From: Callorhinchus milii
Taxonomy: Eukaryota
Direction of reading: 5' to 3'
DNA: 64,000 nt
Assembly (NCBI RefSeq): GCF_018977255.1
Contig: NW_024704742.1
Coordinates: 76,324,001-76,388,000 of the forward strand
The translations under genes were made by a program, and so were the position numbers. Below are positions 25,391 through 38,749 of the stretch, piece after piece. The notes beneath the pieces are model-generated. The model worked only from the letters and a program-made list of their open reading frames with translations, did no database searches and was not told where the DNA came from. Every line of letters begins with the position of its first letter. Position 1 is the stretch's first letter.

Positions 25391-26868
25391 AAGATGCTAG
25401 AATGAGATATTAAAGTCAATCCCATGCATTACAAACCCAATGTTTTGAGAACATCTATTAAACATGTATTGTCACTGGAAGGGCATTCCTCTAACTTGAT
25501 AAATATACCCTTAACATAACTAAGGTGCAATTCAAAGGAAACAAATCTTGTCTATTAGAATAGTTTGCAGATTAATTACAGAATGAATTAATTAGAATCG
25601 TAGGAATTTACACTGCAGGAGGTCATTTGGCCCATCGAGTCTACACTTGATGTTATCCATTCAATCCTCCTACCCTGCCTTATCCCCACACCTCTTCAAA
25701 CTTGCATGGCATTCAAGGTTCTGACAACTATATAATTCTCTTGTTTTATTGCTTTATGTTTCCATGGAATTCAATTTATATCAACTAGGATATTGTAAAT
25801 ACCATTACTGATGGCAGGTTGCCTGCATGCTTTCAACCACTATGCCCTGAGTTTCTGGAACTTCTTGCCTCAATGTCTCCATCTTGCTCCTCTCTGCCCA
25901 TCTTCAAATCACACCTGAAGACTTTACTCTTCGACTGCGCCTTTGGTCAGTTCCCTTTCCGGCTTAGCATCAAGCCATACTGCTGTTAACTGCTCTGAGA
26001 TGCTACGCACATGAAGGACGCTTTCAAAACAAGTTGCTGTGGATGAAACAGACCATTTGCATCAGGACTCCGATGCGGAGTGAAGCTAGGTTCTGATGTT
26101 GGTGAAAATGTTTAATTGTGTGCAAACAGGTTGCCAAACATATCACCCAACATAAAACTTTTGAGGAAGAGTGTTCACAAAATAAAACTTCGCAGTGGCT
26201 TTACATTCCATGTCAATAAGATATTGATCTGAAGTGAAACTGCCTAGTTTTTATAGGGGGCAAAATCAATTACTGCCATTCCTTGCTGGTATGTAAGTGC
26301 CTTCAGCTTTTTTAAAAAAATGTTTTTTCCTTTGCTAAGGTGTATAAGGAATGTTCTGCCGCACCCAAGCTAAACTATTCATGAACATTTATTGAGTTGA
26401 AAGACGTGCTTCAACAAAGAGAGGAGATGACACACGGCTGAACCAAAGAGGGTTGGTGAGGGCCATGTAATGATGCATAAATAAGCAGACTTGGCAGGGA
26501 GTTATTTTGGATGACAAAATAAAAGGGATTGAATAGGTTTTAGGTATTGCAGGAAACAAAGTTGTAGAAAAGCAGAACGGGTGAAATTTGCAATGTCGCA
26601 TAACGTGAGCCTATCTGAAAGTGAGTGAAAGGAATGATGAAATGATGGCAATTGGCTGCTATCTGACTGTCATTCTGCACAAGTCAGCAAACAAACTTTG
26701 ATTTAGACACAAATCACTATCCTTAAGAATCTCCAAAGCAAAAGTTATTACTGAATATCTGTCTCATTAACACCCACATCAGCTGTCACACCCCTCCTCC
26801 TCTCTTGCTCCGCACTGCGATCCTGTGTGAAGGGTGCTATATGACTGCAAGGTGTGGTTGTGTGTGTA

Positions 26869-26902
<34 letters not shown>

Positions 26903-27884
26903 GTCAAAAAGTATGCGGACTGAGGTGCCGTCCGGCATGGAGGGCGCTATATAAATCCAAGTTGTTGTTGTATGTATGTAAGTGGAGTGTAAAGTCTAAT
27001 TTAAAGTCTAATAGATGGCAAATTGGAGGGAATATTCAAACAAAGTTAAATATTGTTTTTTTTCAGTCAGCTGGGTATCTAATACTTGCATAATCCCATC
27101 ACCATGCTTAGGAGTATCCAAATCAGACTGAAAGCTCATTGCAAACCACCAACTGGAAATGTGGAATGGAATTCGCACTCTCTCCCTGAAGGGATTCACC
27201 CTGCTTACCAAATTGCAGAGAGTATTTAAGTGCAGGTTGGCAAGAGCCAAGCCTGTAGACCCCAGAGTGTACTTTGGGGTACTGTTGGACCAATGCTTAC
27301 TGTCAAGGCTCACGTATGAAGAATGACAACTTGGGCAAAGTTCCTTAAGGGGGAATGGTAGAAATTGCAATCATAATTAACTTTAAGTTTGGTCATGTGT
27401 GATGTGGCAAACATAAGATTGAAATTCTGGGCCAGCAGCAAACCTAGGCACATTTTATCTCTTCAACTATGTAGAGGAGCAAACTACGCCCATTTCTAAA
27501 TATTTAGCATTGCGGAATGTCTTCATGTGGCATTCGCTGGACTATGACAATCCTAATTCCTTAAAATTGCCTTTTAGAATCTTCATAACCTTTTCTGTGG
27601 GTTCTGTAATTACGTGTTAATGTCAATGGCAATGGAATTGTGAGTCTGTGCAAGCTGGAACGTTTGCCCTTCTTGTGGATAACTAGCTGAACTGTACTTC
27701 AAAATAACCTGGTTTACTTGAAATGTCTGCCCTCTGCTTAGCGGCAACCCTAAAGACTTGGCTAAGCCTTGTGTGGTATCTGACAGGATAAATTACACTC
27801 TAATTTATCTGTGACACAATCTGATAAACATTAACCCACAGTGCAAGTTGCTCAGAAAGTACTGTTGTCTTCTAAGCATTCATT

Positions 27885-28415
27885 AGAACCGTAGAACCAT
27901 GGACATTTGCGGGTCAGAAAAGGTCATTTGTCCCATTGTGTCTGCACTGGCTCATTGATCACTTAAAGAGCAATCCTTTCAGTCTCTGCCTTTCTCTCCA
28001 TACCCTGTAGTTGACTCATTGTTTAGATATGTATCTCGTTTCCTTTCAAATGCTAATATGGATTCTGCCTCAATCCCTGCTCTCGGCAGGGCAATCCATA
28101 TCTTAATCACTCTGTGTGCGAAAAAAATTCTCCTAATCTCTCTGTTTGCTTGTTTTATGATTTATCTTGAATTGATGCTCTCTAATCCCTGAGTCATCAA
28201 CCAGTGGAAATAATTTCTCCCTATTAACTCAAAACTCCTCAGAATTTTAAAGACCTCAATCAGGTTCAACCTTCTATTTCCCAGCAGAAAAAGCCCCAGT
28301 TTCTTCATAAGCCAAACTACTACTCTCCGGTATCATCCTAGTAAAGCTCCTCTGCACTACCTCTTATGGCCTTCATGTCCTTCTCAAAGTGGGGTGGCTA
28401 AAAATGGACACAATT
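27885..28415 (-). mobile_element. Degenerate CR1 3' fragment
   Basis: Similar to 13883-14450. Confidence 0.7.
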
Positions 28416-28497
28416 AACGTTAGAATTTGTTTTTAACATAAAAAATCATGTAGCCAAAGGGCAGCCAGTTGGTTTAATGTCTCATCTGAGTCCTGTA

Positions 28498-28813
28498 GTG
28501 GAATCCTGTAGCTCAGTGGTTAGAGCACTCGCTTTGCAAGCGAGAGACCTGAGTTCAATTCCAGGCAGGGCGAAACCTTGGGCAAGTTTCCTTACTCCAC
28601 ACGCCTAATAATAATCCCTCCAAAACCAAAAACAATAATAAATTGGTCATTTTCAATCTACGACTGTTTGTGGGACATTGCTGTGCGCAATTGGCTGCCG
28701 CGTTCATCCACAAATATACAGTCAATTAATTTTACAGTGTCTTCTGTGAAGCGCTTTGGGACGTCCTCCCGACGTGAAAAGCGCTATATCAAATGCAAAG
28801 ATTATTATTATTA
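28498..28813 (+). mobile_element. Full-length young tRNA(Ala-like)-headed SINE
   Basis: A and B boxes, anticodon-like arm ctcgc-tttgcaa-gcgag, Deu-like 3' segment, tail shared with L2, (TTA)n end. Confidence 0.92.
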
Positions 28814-30260
28814 TCTGAAGGACAACATCTCTGCCAGTGTGGTACTCTCCTAGAACCGAGTGGCACCCCAGTCCTGCCATAGGGCTTGAATTTACAACCT
28901 TTTAACTAAGAAGTGAGTGTGCAGTTAGTTGAGTCAGACGCATACCTGTAATTTCTACAATGTAATTGTTATCACGCTCATCTGAAATGTGAATGGTTCA
29001 CAAACTAGAAAAAACATATTTACTTCTCTGTCTCCCACCCTCTTCCCAACTATAATTTCTCCTGGTGTTCCAGTTAACAATCCTCCTGATACATTGATTA
29101 TTCACTTCATGGTTATTTGTGTGATGTTGCTGTGCACAAATTGGTTACTGCATTTACTTACAAAATACAGTCATTAGATAATAATACTACAGGGCCATCT
29201 AACAAATTTCACAAGAGATTGAGCCACTGATTAACCGTATGCTACAAAGGGCAAAATTGTCATCACCATTTGATATACAGCCCTCTCTAAGTTATTTCTT
29301 TTACAAATGCAATCAAGGGAAAATCAATGGGTTGAACCATCCAAATTATGTGTAAAACTTTGTTATATCACAACCTGTTCTAATGCCCTCTTGAAATTGC
29401 AGACACAAATTACCTCCATGGGCAAGCTTTCACATGGGGAGTAAAAGTGGATATAAGTAGCAATTGGTTAAATGGAAATATTTGCCTCCAAAGCACTTGT
29501 TTGATTCCAACAAGTGGACAACATAAATTTGTTAAGGAACCAAAAGGTTAGTCTTAGGTTGTAATGCGATTTTGTCTTTTCGCCCACACATACAATCAAG
29601 TTTGCATAGACTTGTGGACAATTCTTCAATTCATTCTCAATTTAAAAGCTAGTTCAAATGCTTTGAGACATCCTCCTGATGAAAAAGGTGTTAATATATA
29701 ACTAAATTGCACTGTATTCTAATAACTGCAGAAAACCCACTTCCAAATTGTGGCTGAATTTATGAATGTTCATAATTATGTGATATCTCAAATTTTAAGA
29801 TGAAAATGATCTTACAACTTATGATCAGATGGAACATGGCTTCCAATTAGTCAATACATAGGAATATTTAAGTGAAAGACTATCATAGCCCATCAGACCT
29901 GTCTCTATCTCCCAATTACTCAATCCCCTTCAAAACATTATCCATTTCCTCTTGAAATTGCTTTCACGGTGTACCTCCATGGGCAAACTGTTCCACATGT
30001 TAAGCATCCTCAGTTTCAAGTAATTCAATCTTTGTTTTCTATACACCGTCTCCTTTCTGTGTTTGAGACCACATCACCTTCCTTGGTTGGACCTCTTGTT
30101 GTTATTGACTAAAATATGAAGAGAGTAGTAATTACAAATCACTTTTTTGAGGGTGGGGATGGGATGATTATCACTATCTAGTACCTCACAACTATGAAAA
30201 ATGTCCTACATATAATTTAAGATTAACGTTTGTTACAATGTTTGTCCTTTCTATTCACAG

Positions 30261-30338
30261 AGTTATGCCTGTTTCATAATGGCGAAAGTGCAACTACATC
30301 CCCACTGTGTGCCCCAGGACAAGAATGCAACAGTTTGG
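30261..30338 (+). CDS. EREG: Epiregulin exon 2: end of signal peptide and pro-region (E)LCLFHNGESATTSPLCAPGQECNSL
   Basis: Acceptor ctttctattcacag and donor G|gtaaat, phase 1/1. Resembles recalled human EREG STTVIPSCIPGESSDNCTAL, including both pro-region cysteines. Confidence 0.87.
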
Positions 30339-30536
30339 GTAAATAGCATCTCTTGCAACATTTTATACGTTGGAATTTAATCCTTTCCCTGATTCCCTAG
30401 CCCAATATTCTAGTATCTAATGATAACACATTTTACTATAAGATTATACCATAATGTCCGATCCATTCTTGATTGGTTATAACATTGTTGTAGTACATAT
30501 GTCTAAATGATGTGGTGTTTGTATTATTTCTATGTA

Positions 30537-31445
30537 TAACAATAACAGCTTACACTTATATAGCGCCCTCCATGCAGGGCAGGGTCTGAGAGCGCTTAAC
30601 AGTGACGGAGGCTGACTCCGAGCCAGTGCAGGGGTGGTGGTGGAGGTGGCCATAAGCACAATCAAAGAGGAAGATTTTCAGGCAGGATCTGAAAAATGGG
30701 AAACAAGGGGGATGGTGAAGGAATTGATGGAGAGTGTTCCAGAGTTTCAGGGCGTAGTGGCTGAAGGGTGGGGCGGAAGGTGCGAGGGACGAGCAGGAGG
30801 TCGGTGACAGCCGAGCGGAGGCGCAGGGTGGTGGATTGCGGAGTGAGGAGGTCGGAGAGGAAGTAGATCTGTTCAGTGATGGGGAGCCAGTGGAGACTGG
30901 CCAGAACTGGTGAGATGTGTGTACGGAATTTGGTCCGGGAAAATATATAGTCAGCAGAGTTCTGAATGAGCTGGATCTTTAGAATAGTGGAGCCGGGGAG
31001 GAGTGTGTTTCAGTAATCCAGGTAGGAGGTGATAAATGCATGCATGAGAGTTTCGGTTGCGTTTCAGGTAAGGTACGGTCGGAGGCGGGCAATGTGGTGG
31101 AGGAAGGTGGTCCTGGTCAGGGATCGGATGTGGGGGAGGAAGGACAGCTGGGGGTTGAACTGGACGCCTAGATTGCCCACTGGTTCAGTGAGTCTGAGGG
31201 AGAGCCTAGGGAGGTTGAGGAGTTTAGATCCACAGGAGTGAAGACGTTGACGGGAGTCAAGGAGTATGGCTCCCGTCTTGTCCACATTCAGCTGTAGGAA
31301 GTTTCACTCATCCAGGCCCTGATGTCCGCCAGACAAGCTGATAGAACATCGGTGGACCTGGAGTTGGTACTGGAGGAGGCAAAGTAGATTTGTGTGTCAT
31401 CCGCATACGTGGAAGTTTACCCTGTGTCTGTGGATGACATCGCCC
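30537..31445 (-). mobile_element. L2 3' fragment in EREG intron 2
   Basis: Same subfamily as 9819-10680. YADDT motif near 31395-31410. Confidence 0.85.
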
Positions 31446-32764
31446 TTAGATGTAAAGGATTCTAGAATGGTTTACTGATATTTGTAAATCTGAATGGAAA
31501 ATGTTGGGTAGCCAAGAATGGTTGGCACACTGAAGTAGGGGTATTCATACTGAGTGTCTCACGTCTGTGCTGGAGTTTAAATACAGTTAACTGTGATGCA
31601 TGCAGATTTGTTGATTTATACATTGAGATGTAGCACATTATAGCAGGAATGAATGTTATAAGTCATGCAATGAGAGTGAGGATATAAGGATTGTATTGAA
31701 TAGGGATTAGATCATTAATCTCATTGGATTTGACTCTTAATATTGTGAAGCTGAGCTCACAGCATTGTTCCATGTACTTCAGTGGTTTCTCGAGGTCCCA
31801 GTACATTGTATGAGGGAGGTTTCTTGTTACCAACTAAGATATAAAAGTACTTTTGTCCTTACTTTCATAAATGTAAGGTGTGGATAGCCACACCCTGGCT
31901 CATACCTGTGACTAGTGAAGGATTAGTCAGGGTTTACTTTTGAATATGTTTAAATGCTCCAAGCACAATACAGGAATAGGTTAAAGATAAAAACAATTTT
32001 AGATTCCCTTTCAACATCTTGAAAATTGACTACGGTAAATCCTAGCAATGACTAGAGAATCTGTGGATGACAACTCACCCAGCCTGTCTTGTCAGCAGGA
32101 TTTAGAGGAACAGAAAAATCACTGGGAGCAGTGATTCTTCCCACACGGCTCCTGTCAGCTTTGCAAACCAAAGCCTGTAGTAGGGTAGTAAGAAGTCACG
32201 TATCAGTGTTTGAAATGGTAAACTGCATAGTTTTAGATAGTTAAACTCCACCAGTGCTCACAGTACACACTCTGGGATTCCCAAGCCTTGCCTGTTGCCA
32301 ACCTGTACCTAATTCTTTCCAGTAGTAGGTGTGCAGGGTGCTCTGCACAAACAGAAACTGTGGTTATGTGGAACTTTCAGGAGTTCAATCTTAAAAGTGG
32401 TGCTGGGTTTCCACATGTGTCAGATACCCTGCTGAGCATTACAAAATGTAAACTTGAAAACAACAGAATGACTTTATCGCAAGATGTGATTCCCATTTTT
32501 CTGTATCACAGATAGTCTTCTCAAGGACACAATCACGTCAGTGTCCATAAACCAAGCTCTACAAAGTATGGAGTGAATATTGTGCATTGTGATAATTATT
32601 ACCTGCAACTGTTATCACAATATGGAGGAGCTTATAAATTTACAGGGGGGAAACAAAATCTTCTGGAAAGTTGTCAGAGTGTGGAATGAATCAGAACAAA
32701 AGAACTTGATAGGCAGATGTGAAGGAAGGGTATTAGAGTTCAGGAAAAGAAAAGGGAATTGGGA

Positions 32765-33130
32765 ATAATAATAATAATTGTTGCATTTGATACAGCGTCT
32801 TGTCGTGTCTTTGAGACATCTCGGAACGCTTCACAGAATATACTGTGAAGCGACTTGACTATATATTTAGTGGACGGAATGCAGCAGCCAATTATGCACA
32901 GCAGTGTCCCACAAACAGTCGTGGATTGAGTGACTATTATTATTTTTTGAAGGAATTATTAACCCCAGGAAAGCGACCCACTAATCGACTAACAATTGGT
33001 TGCCTACTTACTGCTAGGTAAACATAGGCATGTTGAGTAAGGAAACTTGCCCAACGTTTTCCCCTTCCGGGAATCAAACCCAGGTCTCTTGCTTGCAAGG
33101 CGAGTGCTCTAACCACTGAGCTATAGGACC
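32765..33130 (-). mobile_element. tRNA-headed SINE, long subfamily
   Basis: Similarity to 56575-56918. Confidence 0.85.
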
Positions 33131-33842
33131 CACAAGAAAGGGTTGGATGGCTCCATTGGAGGGGTAAACACAGATGCTAACTTAACAGGCTGAATAGCCT
33201 CCTAATGTGTTGCAGATTCCTATGATTATATAGGACATTTTGCTCCTGGAAATGTCACAGTCAATAGCTGCTAACAACTTCCCATTTGCCGACAAAAAAA
33301 TACAGTCACTGCATTTTACATTATATCCTGTGAAGCACTTTGAGACATCCTTTTGACAGGAAAAGCACTGTGTCAAATGTATGGAAGATTACTATTATTA
33401 TTATAATTGGGAGGACGCCCTGACTTCATTAAAATGGTTTTGCCAAATGATATTTGCTCCAGGCATTGAGCTAGTTGGGGTTGTGTTTGGTCTTGATTCT
33501 TTGGAGATCATCGCAGTTCAGTGTTGGACTGGGGAATGCTAACTTAGTTCAGCTTTTAAAGTGACACTGAAATACTGGATCGGGTTGCAGACAAAGATCA
33601 AGTGTCTTGATTGAGGGAGAGTGTTCCAGAGTTTCGGGACGTAGTGACTGAAAGCACAATCTCCGATGGGAGGGTGCGAGGGATGAGCAGGAGGCTTGTG
33701 TCAGTCGGGTAGAGGCGCCGGGTGGTGGATTAGGGAGTGAAGAGTTTAGGGAGGTACCAGGGATTGAATGGATTTGAACACGAGTGTAAGGATCTTGAAG
33801 TCACTCCCATGTTTTGCCCACAAAATACAGTTAATCCACTTT

Positions 33843-34158
33843 ATAGTAATAATAATAATCCTTGCATTTGATATAGCGCTTTTCACATCTTCTAGATGTC
33901 CCAAAGCTCTTCACACAATATACTGTAAAGTGAATTGACTGTATATTTGTGGGCGAATGCGGCAGCCAATTGCGCACAGCAGTGTCCCACAAACAGTCAT
34001 AGATTGAAATGACCAATTCATTGTTGTTTTTCTTGGAGGGATTATTATTAGGCGTGTGGAGTAAGGAAACTTGCCCAAGGTTTCGCCCTGTCTGGAATTG
34101 AACTCAGGTCTCTCGCTTGCAAAGCGAGTGTTCTAACCACTGAGCTACAGGACTCCAC
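33843..34158 (-). mobile_element. Young tRNA-headed SINE
   Basis: Reverse complement of the 28498-28813 type. Confidence 0.92.
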
Positions 34159-34749
34159 GTATATCCTGTGAAGTGGTTTGAGATGTCTCAATGACATAAG
34201 GCGCTATATCAAATGCGACTATTATTATAATGTCTCAATACATTTTTCAGCGATGGTGTGGAAACCTGAGCAGGGTGGGGCAGTAGTGTATTGGAGGAAA
34301 TGAAAGAAGGTATGGATAACGAGATAGATTTTTTTTTAAGGGTTATGGAGACAAGAAGGGTAAAGGTTGGAAGCTTGTCTGCTAATGGTGATTTAGAAAG
34401 GATAGAGGTCATGCAGCAGGCCTGAGCTTGCAGAGCTAAGGGAGTGGGCAAGAGAGTGTGGTTGGGGAGGTTGCAAAGGAAGTAAGGCACAATCATGTGG
34501 AGGATTTTGAAGTCTTGAAGTTGGTCTGTTGGGAGACATGCAGACAGCAGAGTTCTGTATAAGCTGAAGCTAGTGGAAGTTTAAGATGGAAGGATTTGTG
34601 AACAGAGCATTTGAGAAGTCAAGCTGAAGACATGAATGAGGGTTGTAACTATATTAACCAGAGCCTTGAGATGTACTCCCGACATGAAAGGTGCTATACC
34701 AATGTAATGTTGTCGCTGTTGTTGTATATTGGGGGTGAAGTTGGGACGG

Positions 34750-35865
34750 CTTTTCCGCCAGCCCCCGCACTGTCTCGTGCGGTGTTCCTCAGGGCTCTGT
34801 CCTCGGTCCCCTCCTCTTCACCCTCTATATGCTCCCCCTGTGGTGACATCATCCGCAGACATGGGGTTAACTTCCACATGTATGCGGATGACACCCAACT
34901 CTACCTTTCCTCCTCTACTCTCAACTCCACGACCACCGATGTCCTGACAGCTGCCTGTCCGACATCAAGTCCTGAACGAGAGACAACTTTCTTCAGCTCA
35001 ACGTGCGAAAAACTGAGGCCCTCCTGATTGACTCACGTCAGCGCCTCCGCACCTCAGGCGCATCAGCATCCAAGGCTGCACTCTCCACCTCTCAAAGCCA
35101 TCAGGAACCTCGGCGTTCTGTTCAACCCTGAGCTGTCCTTTCTCCCTCATATCCGCGCCACAACTGGCACCGCCTTCCATCACCTCCGGAATATCGCCAG
35201 ACTACGCCATTACCTCACCCCTCACGCTGCTGAAACTCTGGTCTACGCCTTTATCACCTCAAGGCTGGACTATGGCATCTCTCTCCTCGCCGGCCTTCCC
35301 GGCACCGCCCTCCACAAGCTGCAGGTCATTCAGAACTCTGTAGCTCGTGTACTGTCCCGCACCAGGCTTCGGGACCACATCACTCCCACCCTCGCTCGCC
35401 TCCACTGGCTCCCCATCCCCCAGAGGATCGAATTCAAGATCCTCATCCTCACCTACAAGGCCATTCACGGCCTTGCTCCCTCCTACCTCTCCAACCTACT
35501 ATCCCCCTAGTTACCTGCCCGTACCCTCCCTTCCTCTGGCTCCAGTCTGCTCCACGTCCCCCGCCCCAACCGCCCTACCATCGGTGGCCGGGCCTTCAGC
35601 CTCTCAGCCCCGAGGCTCTGGAACTCCATCCCCCAGTGCCTTCGCCGCCTCCTCCCTTTCCTCCTTCAAGGCCGGTCTCAAGACCTTTCTCTTTGACCGA
35701 GCCTTCAGCTCCCCTCTCGACTCTCTACCCCCTCCTCGCTCCCTCCCTTCCCTCCCCTCACCCTGACCATTTCCCCCCTGCTCAGGTCCTGACCCACTGT
35801 ACAGTGCCTTGGGACGTCCTCCCGACGTGAAAGGCGCTCTATAAATGGAACCTTGTTGTTGTTGT
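34750..35865 (+). mobile_element. Young L2 LINE, 5'-truncated
   Basis: [30 protein letters not shown] and (TTG)n tail. Confidence 0.92.
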
Positions 35866-36166
35866 TTGAAAAAGTGCTGCAGTCCATGCAAATTGCTGAG
35901 ATTGCACACTGGCTCGGTGAAGTCATTTGAATAAAGTTGGGGGAGGTGGGTATTTCCTGAAGGCCAATTGGAACATCTCCAGGAGCAGGATATCCCACAA
36001 TGTGATACATCGCATACCTACAAACCATAAAGGTAGACTAATGTCAAACGGTAATCTAATCTCCGAGTTGAGGTAAAAATGATATGTTTCTTGATCTTTG
36101 CACTTCGGGATCATGACATAACTTGAATCCTATGATTACTTTGCAGCCTTTCACTCAGTCCCTCAT

Positions 36167-36484
36167 GTGGAGTCCTGTAGCTCAGTGGTTAGAGCACTCA
36201 CTTTCCAAGCGAGAGACCTGAGTTCAATTCCAGGGAGTGCGAAACCTTGGGCAAGTTTCCTTACTCCACACGCCTAATAATAATCCCTCCAAAAACAATA
36301 ATAAAAATTGGTCATTTTCAATCCATGACTGTTTGTGGGACATTGCTGTGCGCAATTGGCTGCCGCGTTCGGCCACAAATATACAGTCATTCACTTTACA
36401 GTGTGTTCTGTGTTCTGTGAAGCGCTTTGGGACGTCCTCCCGACGTGAAAAGCACTATATCAAATGCAAGGATTATTATTATTA
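36167..36484 (+). mobile_element. Young tRNA-headed SINE
   Basis: Near-identical to 28498-28813. Confidence 0.92.
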
Positions 36485-36984
36485 TGTGATGATTTTCCTC
36501 AGCATAACCTTTGGCTTACTTTAATAAAACTACCAATATAGTTGAATAAAAGCGAACCGCAGCAATGGAGAGCTACATACTGAATGCTCTGAGATGCTAA
36601 ATAAATACAAGTTGTTGACATTGTTGTGGGCGATTTGACAAGCACTCGGGTAGTTAGGAGCTTCAATTATAGAATCATAGAAATCTGTTATCAGAATGGG
36701 AGGCAATTTAACTGTTGGATAAATTTTGATGCCATCGTATTATCTTGTTAACACTACAAAGTGTGTCAATCATGGAGTTGGTGAAAGCAGGAGGAATCCT
36801 GGCTGAATTTCCTTTTCATAGCTCAGGGGTGTTAAAGCTGATTCTAGCACTCAACATCTACATCTACCTCAGCAATGACTATGGGCTGAACCAGGGATCT
36901 TCTGATGCCTGGTGATTGAATCTTGTACTGAATTGTTGGGAACCCCAACATTCCCAATGTTTGATACTCTTAAGTATCAAGGAT

Positions 36985-38495
36985 ACTCTTGGAGGCCAAG
37001 AACAACCTGAGGCTCCTCTTCTCCACCACCAACCAACTCCTCAGCCCACCCTTTCATGGCTCGCCCATCCTCTCCTCCAATTCCAACTGCGGGGAGATGC
37101 TAGACTTCCACAAGACCAAAATCAAGGGATTCACTCAGCCATCTCTGCCCTCCCAACTGCCACCCTCTCCCCATCTTTCCCTCTCACTCCAGCCACTTCC
37201 CATCCCTCCCTCCACACCTTCGAACTTGTCTCCCCATCCTTTTTCACCATCATTATGATCCATATGAAACCTACTACCTGCTCCCGCGATCCATCCCTAT
37301 CCCTTTCCATATCTACCAGATCCATCTCCTTGCCGCTCTACTTACAGGAATCATTACCCTCTCCCTGTCCACTGGTACCATTCCCATGCCCCCCCATCCT
37401 CTTAAAAACCTTCCCTAGACCCATCCCTGCTCTCTGTGGAGTCCTGTAGCTCAGTCTTTGGAGCATTCGCCTCGTGAGCAAGTACTGGGTTTGATTCCCG
37501 GCAGGGCGAAACCTTGGGCAACTTTCCTTGCTCCACATACCTCTGTTTATTTAGCAGTAAGTAGGAACCCAGTTGTTAGTCAATTGGCAGATCGCTTTTC
37601 AGGGGTAATATTTCAAAAAAATAATAAATTGGTCAATCAATCCACGACTGTTTGTGGGACACTAATGTGTACAATTGGCTGCCATGTTTCACCCATAAAA
37701 TATACTGTCAATTCACTTCATAGTATATTCTATGAGGTGCTTTGAGATGACTCGAAGATGTGATAAAGCGCGACATCAAATGCAAGGACTTATTACTAAT
37801 TACTGCCCATCACTGACCTCCCTTTCCAAGGTCCAGAAATAAGTCACTGCTTCCAGCTTCGCTCCTTCCTCTCTCGCCACTCCCTATACGAACCTCTCCA
37901 ATTGGGTTTCCGTGCTGCCCACAGTACAGAAACAGTCCTGGTCAAAGTAACAAATGACATTTTGTCCATCTGTGACCAGGGCTCTCTCTGTCTCCTCGTC
38001 ATCCTTGACCTCTCAGTTCATTTCAACACTTTCAACCATTCTATCCGCCTCTGTCGCCTCTCTTCTCACCTCAAACTTCATGGTTCTGTCCTTGACTGGT
38101 TCAGATCCTACCTTTCACACGGTCTCCATTTTCTCTCCACAAACGGTTCCTGCTCGATGCCCCGCACCATCTTGTACAGTGTTCCTTAGGGCTCTGTCCT
38201 TGGTCCTCTCATCTTCAATATCTCTATGCTGCCTCTTGGTGACATCATCCGCAGACATGGGGTCAACCTATGTATGCGGATGACACCCAACTCTATCTCT
38301 CTGCCTCCATCCTTGACTCCAGGACCAATGCTGTCCTGACAGAATGTCTGTCAGACATCAAGTCCTGGATCAAAGCTACCTTTTTACGGTTGAATGTCCC
38401 GAGGCATTGGACGTTGGACAGAAATTTGGACCCGAGCAGGGGGTTGGTATCAGAAGGGGTGAATGGAGCTATACAAATATAATTTGTTGTTGTTA
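36985..38495 (+). mobile_element. L2 RT fragment interrupted by a long-subfamily SINE (37436-37797)
   Basis: GFRAAHSTETVLVKVTND and MYADDTQLY. Confidence 0.87.
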
Positions 38496-38625
38496 ACACT
38501 CTTTAATAGTTCTATATTCCTAGGTCATTATCAACTCCAAATCCTGCACAAAATATTAAGAAAATAGCAAAATTCTAGATTTGTGTGGACTCTCCTCTCT
38601 GATATCCTTCACATTTTTCTTACAG

Positions 38626-38749
38626 ATCCTACAGTTGAACTTCCGGAGGCTGCAAAGGTCGTAGTATCAAAATGCCCTTTGTCAATGGAAAGCTATTGTT
38701 ATAATGGCGAGTGCATGCATATTGTAAGCGACAATATATCTTTCTGCAA
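38626..38749 (+). CDS. EREG: Epiregulin exon 3: EGF domain Cys1-Cys4 (D)PTVELPEAAKVVVSKCPLSMESYCYNGECMHIVSDNISFC(K)
   Basis: Acceptor tttttcttacag and donor AA|gtaagt, phase 1/2. C-x7-C-x4-C-x10-C spacing of EGFR ligands. Resembles recalled human VAQVSITKCSSDMNGYCLHGQCIYLVD. Confidence 0.93.

Noticed and set aside
28498..28575. tRNA-Ala(TGC)-like gene (also at 16948, 36167, 57764 and minus-strand copies)
   Set aside because: These are SINE heads. The acceptor stem is poor, there is no oligo-T terminator, and each runs directly into a repeated body and LINE-like tail.
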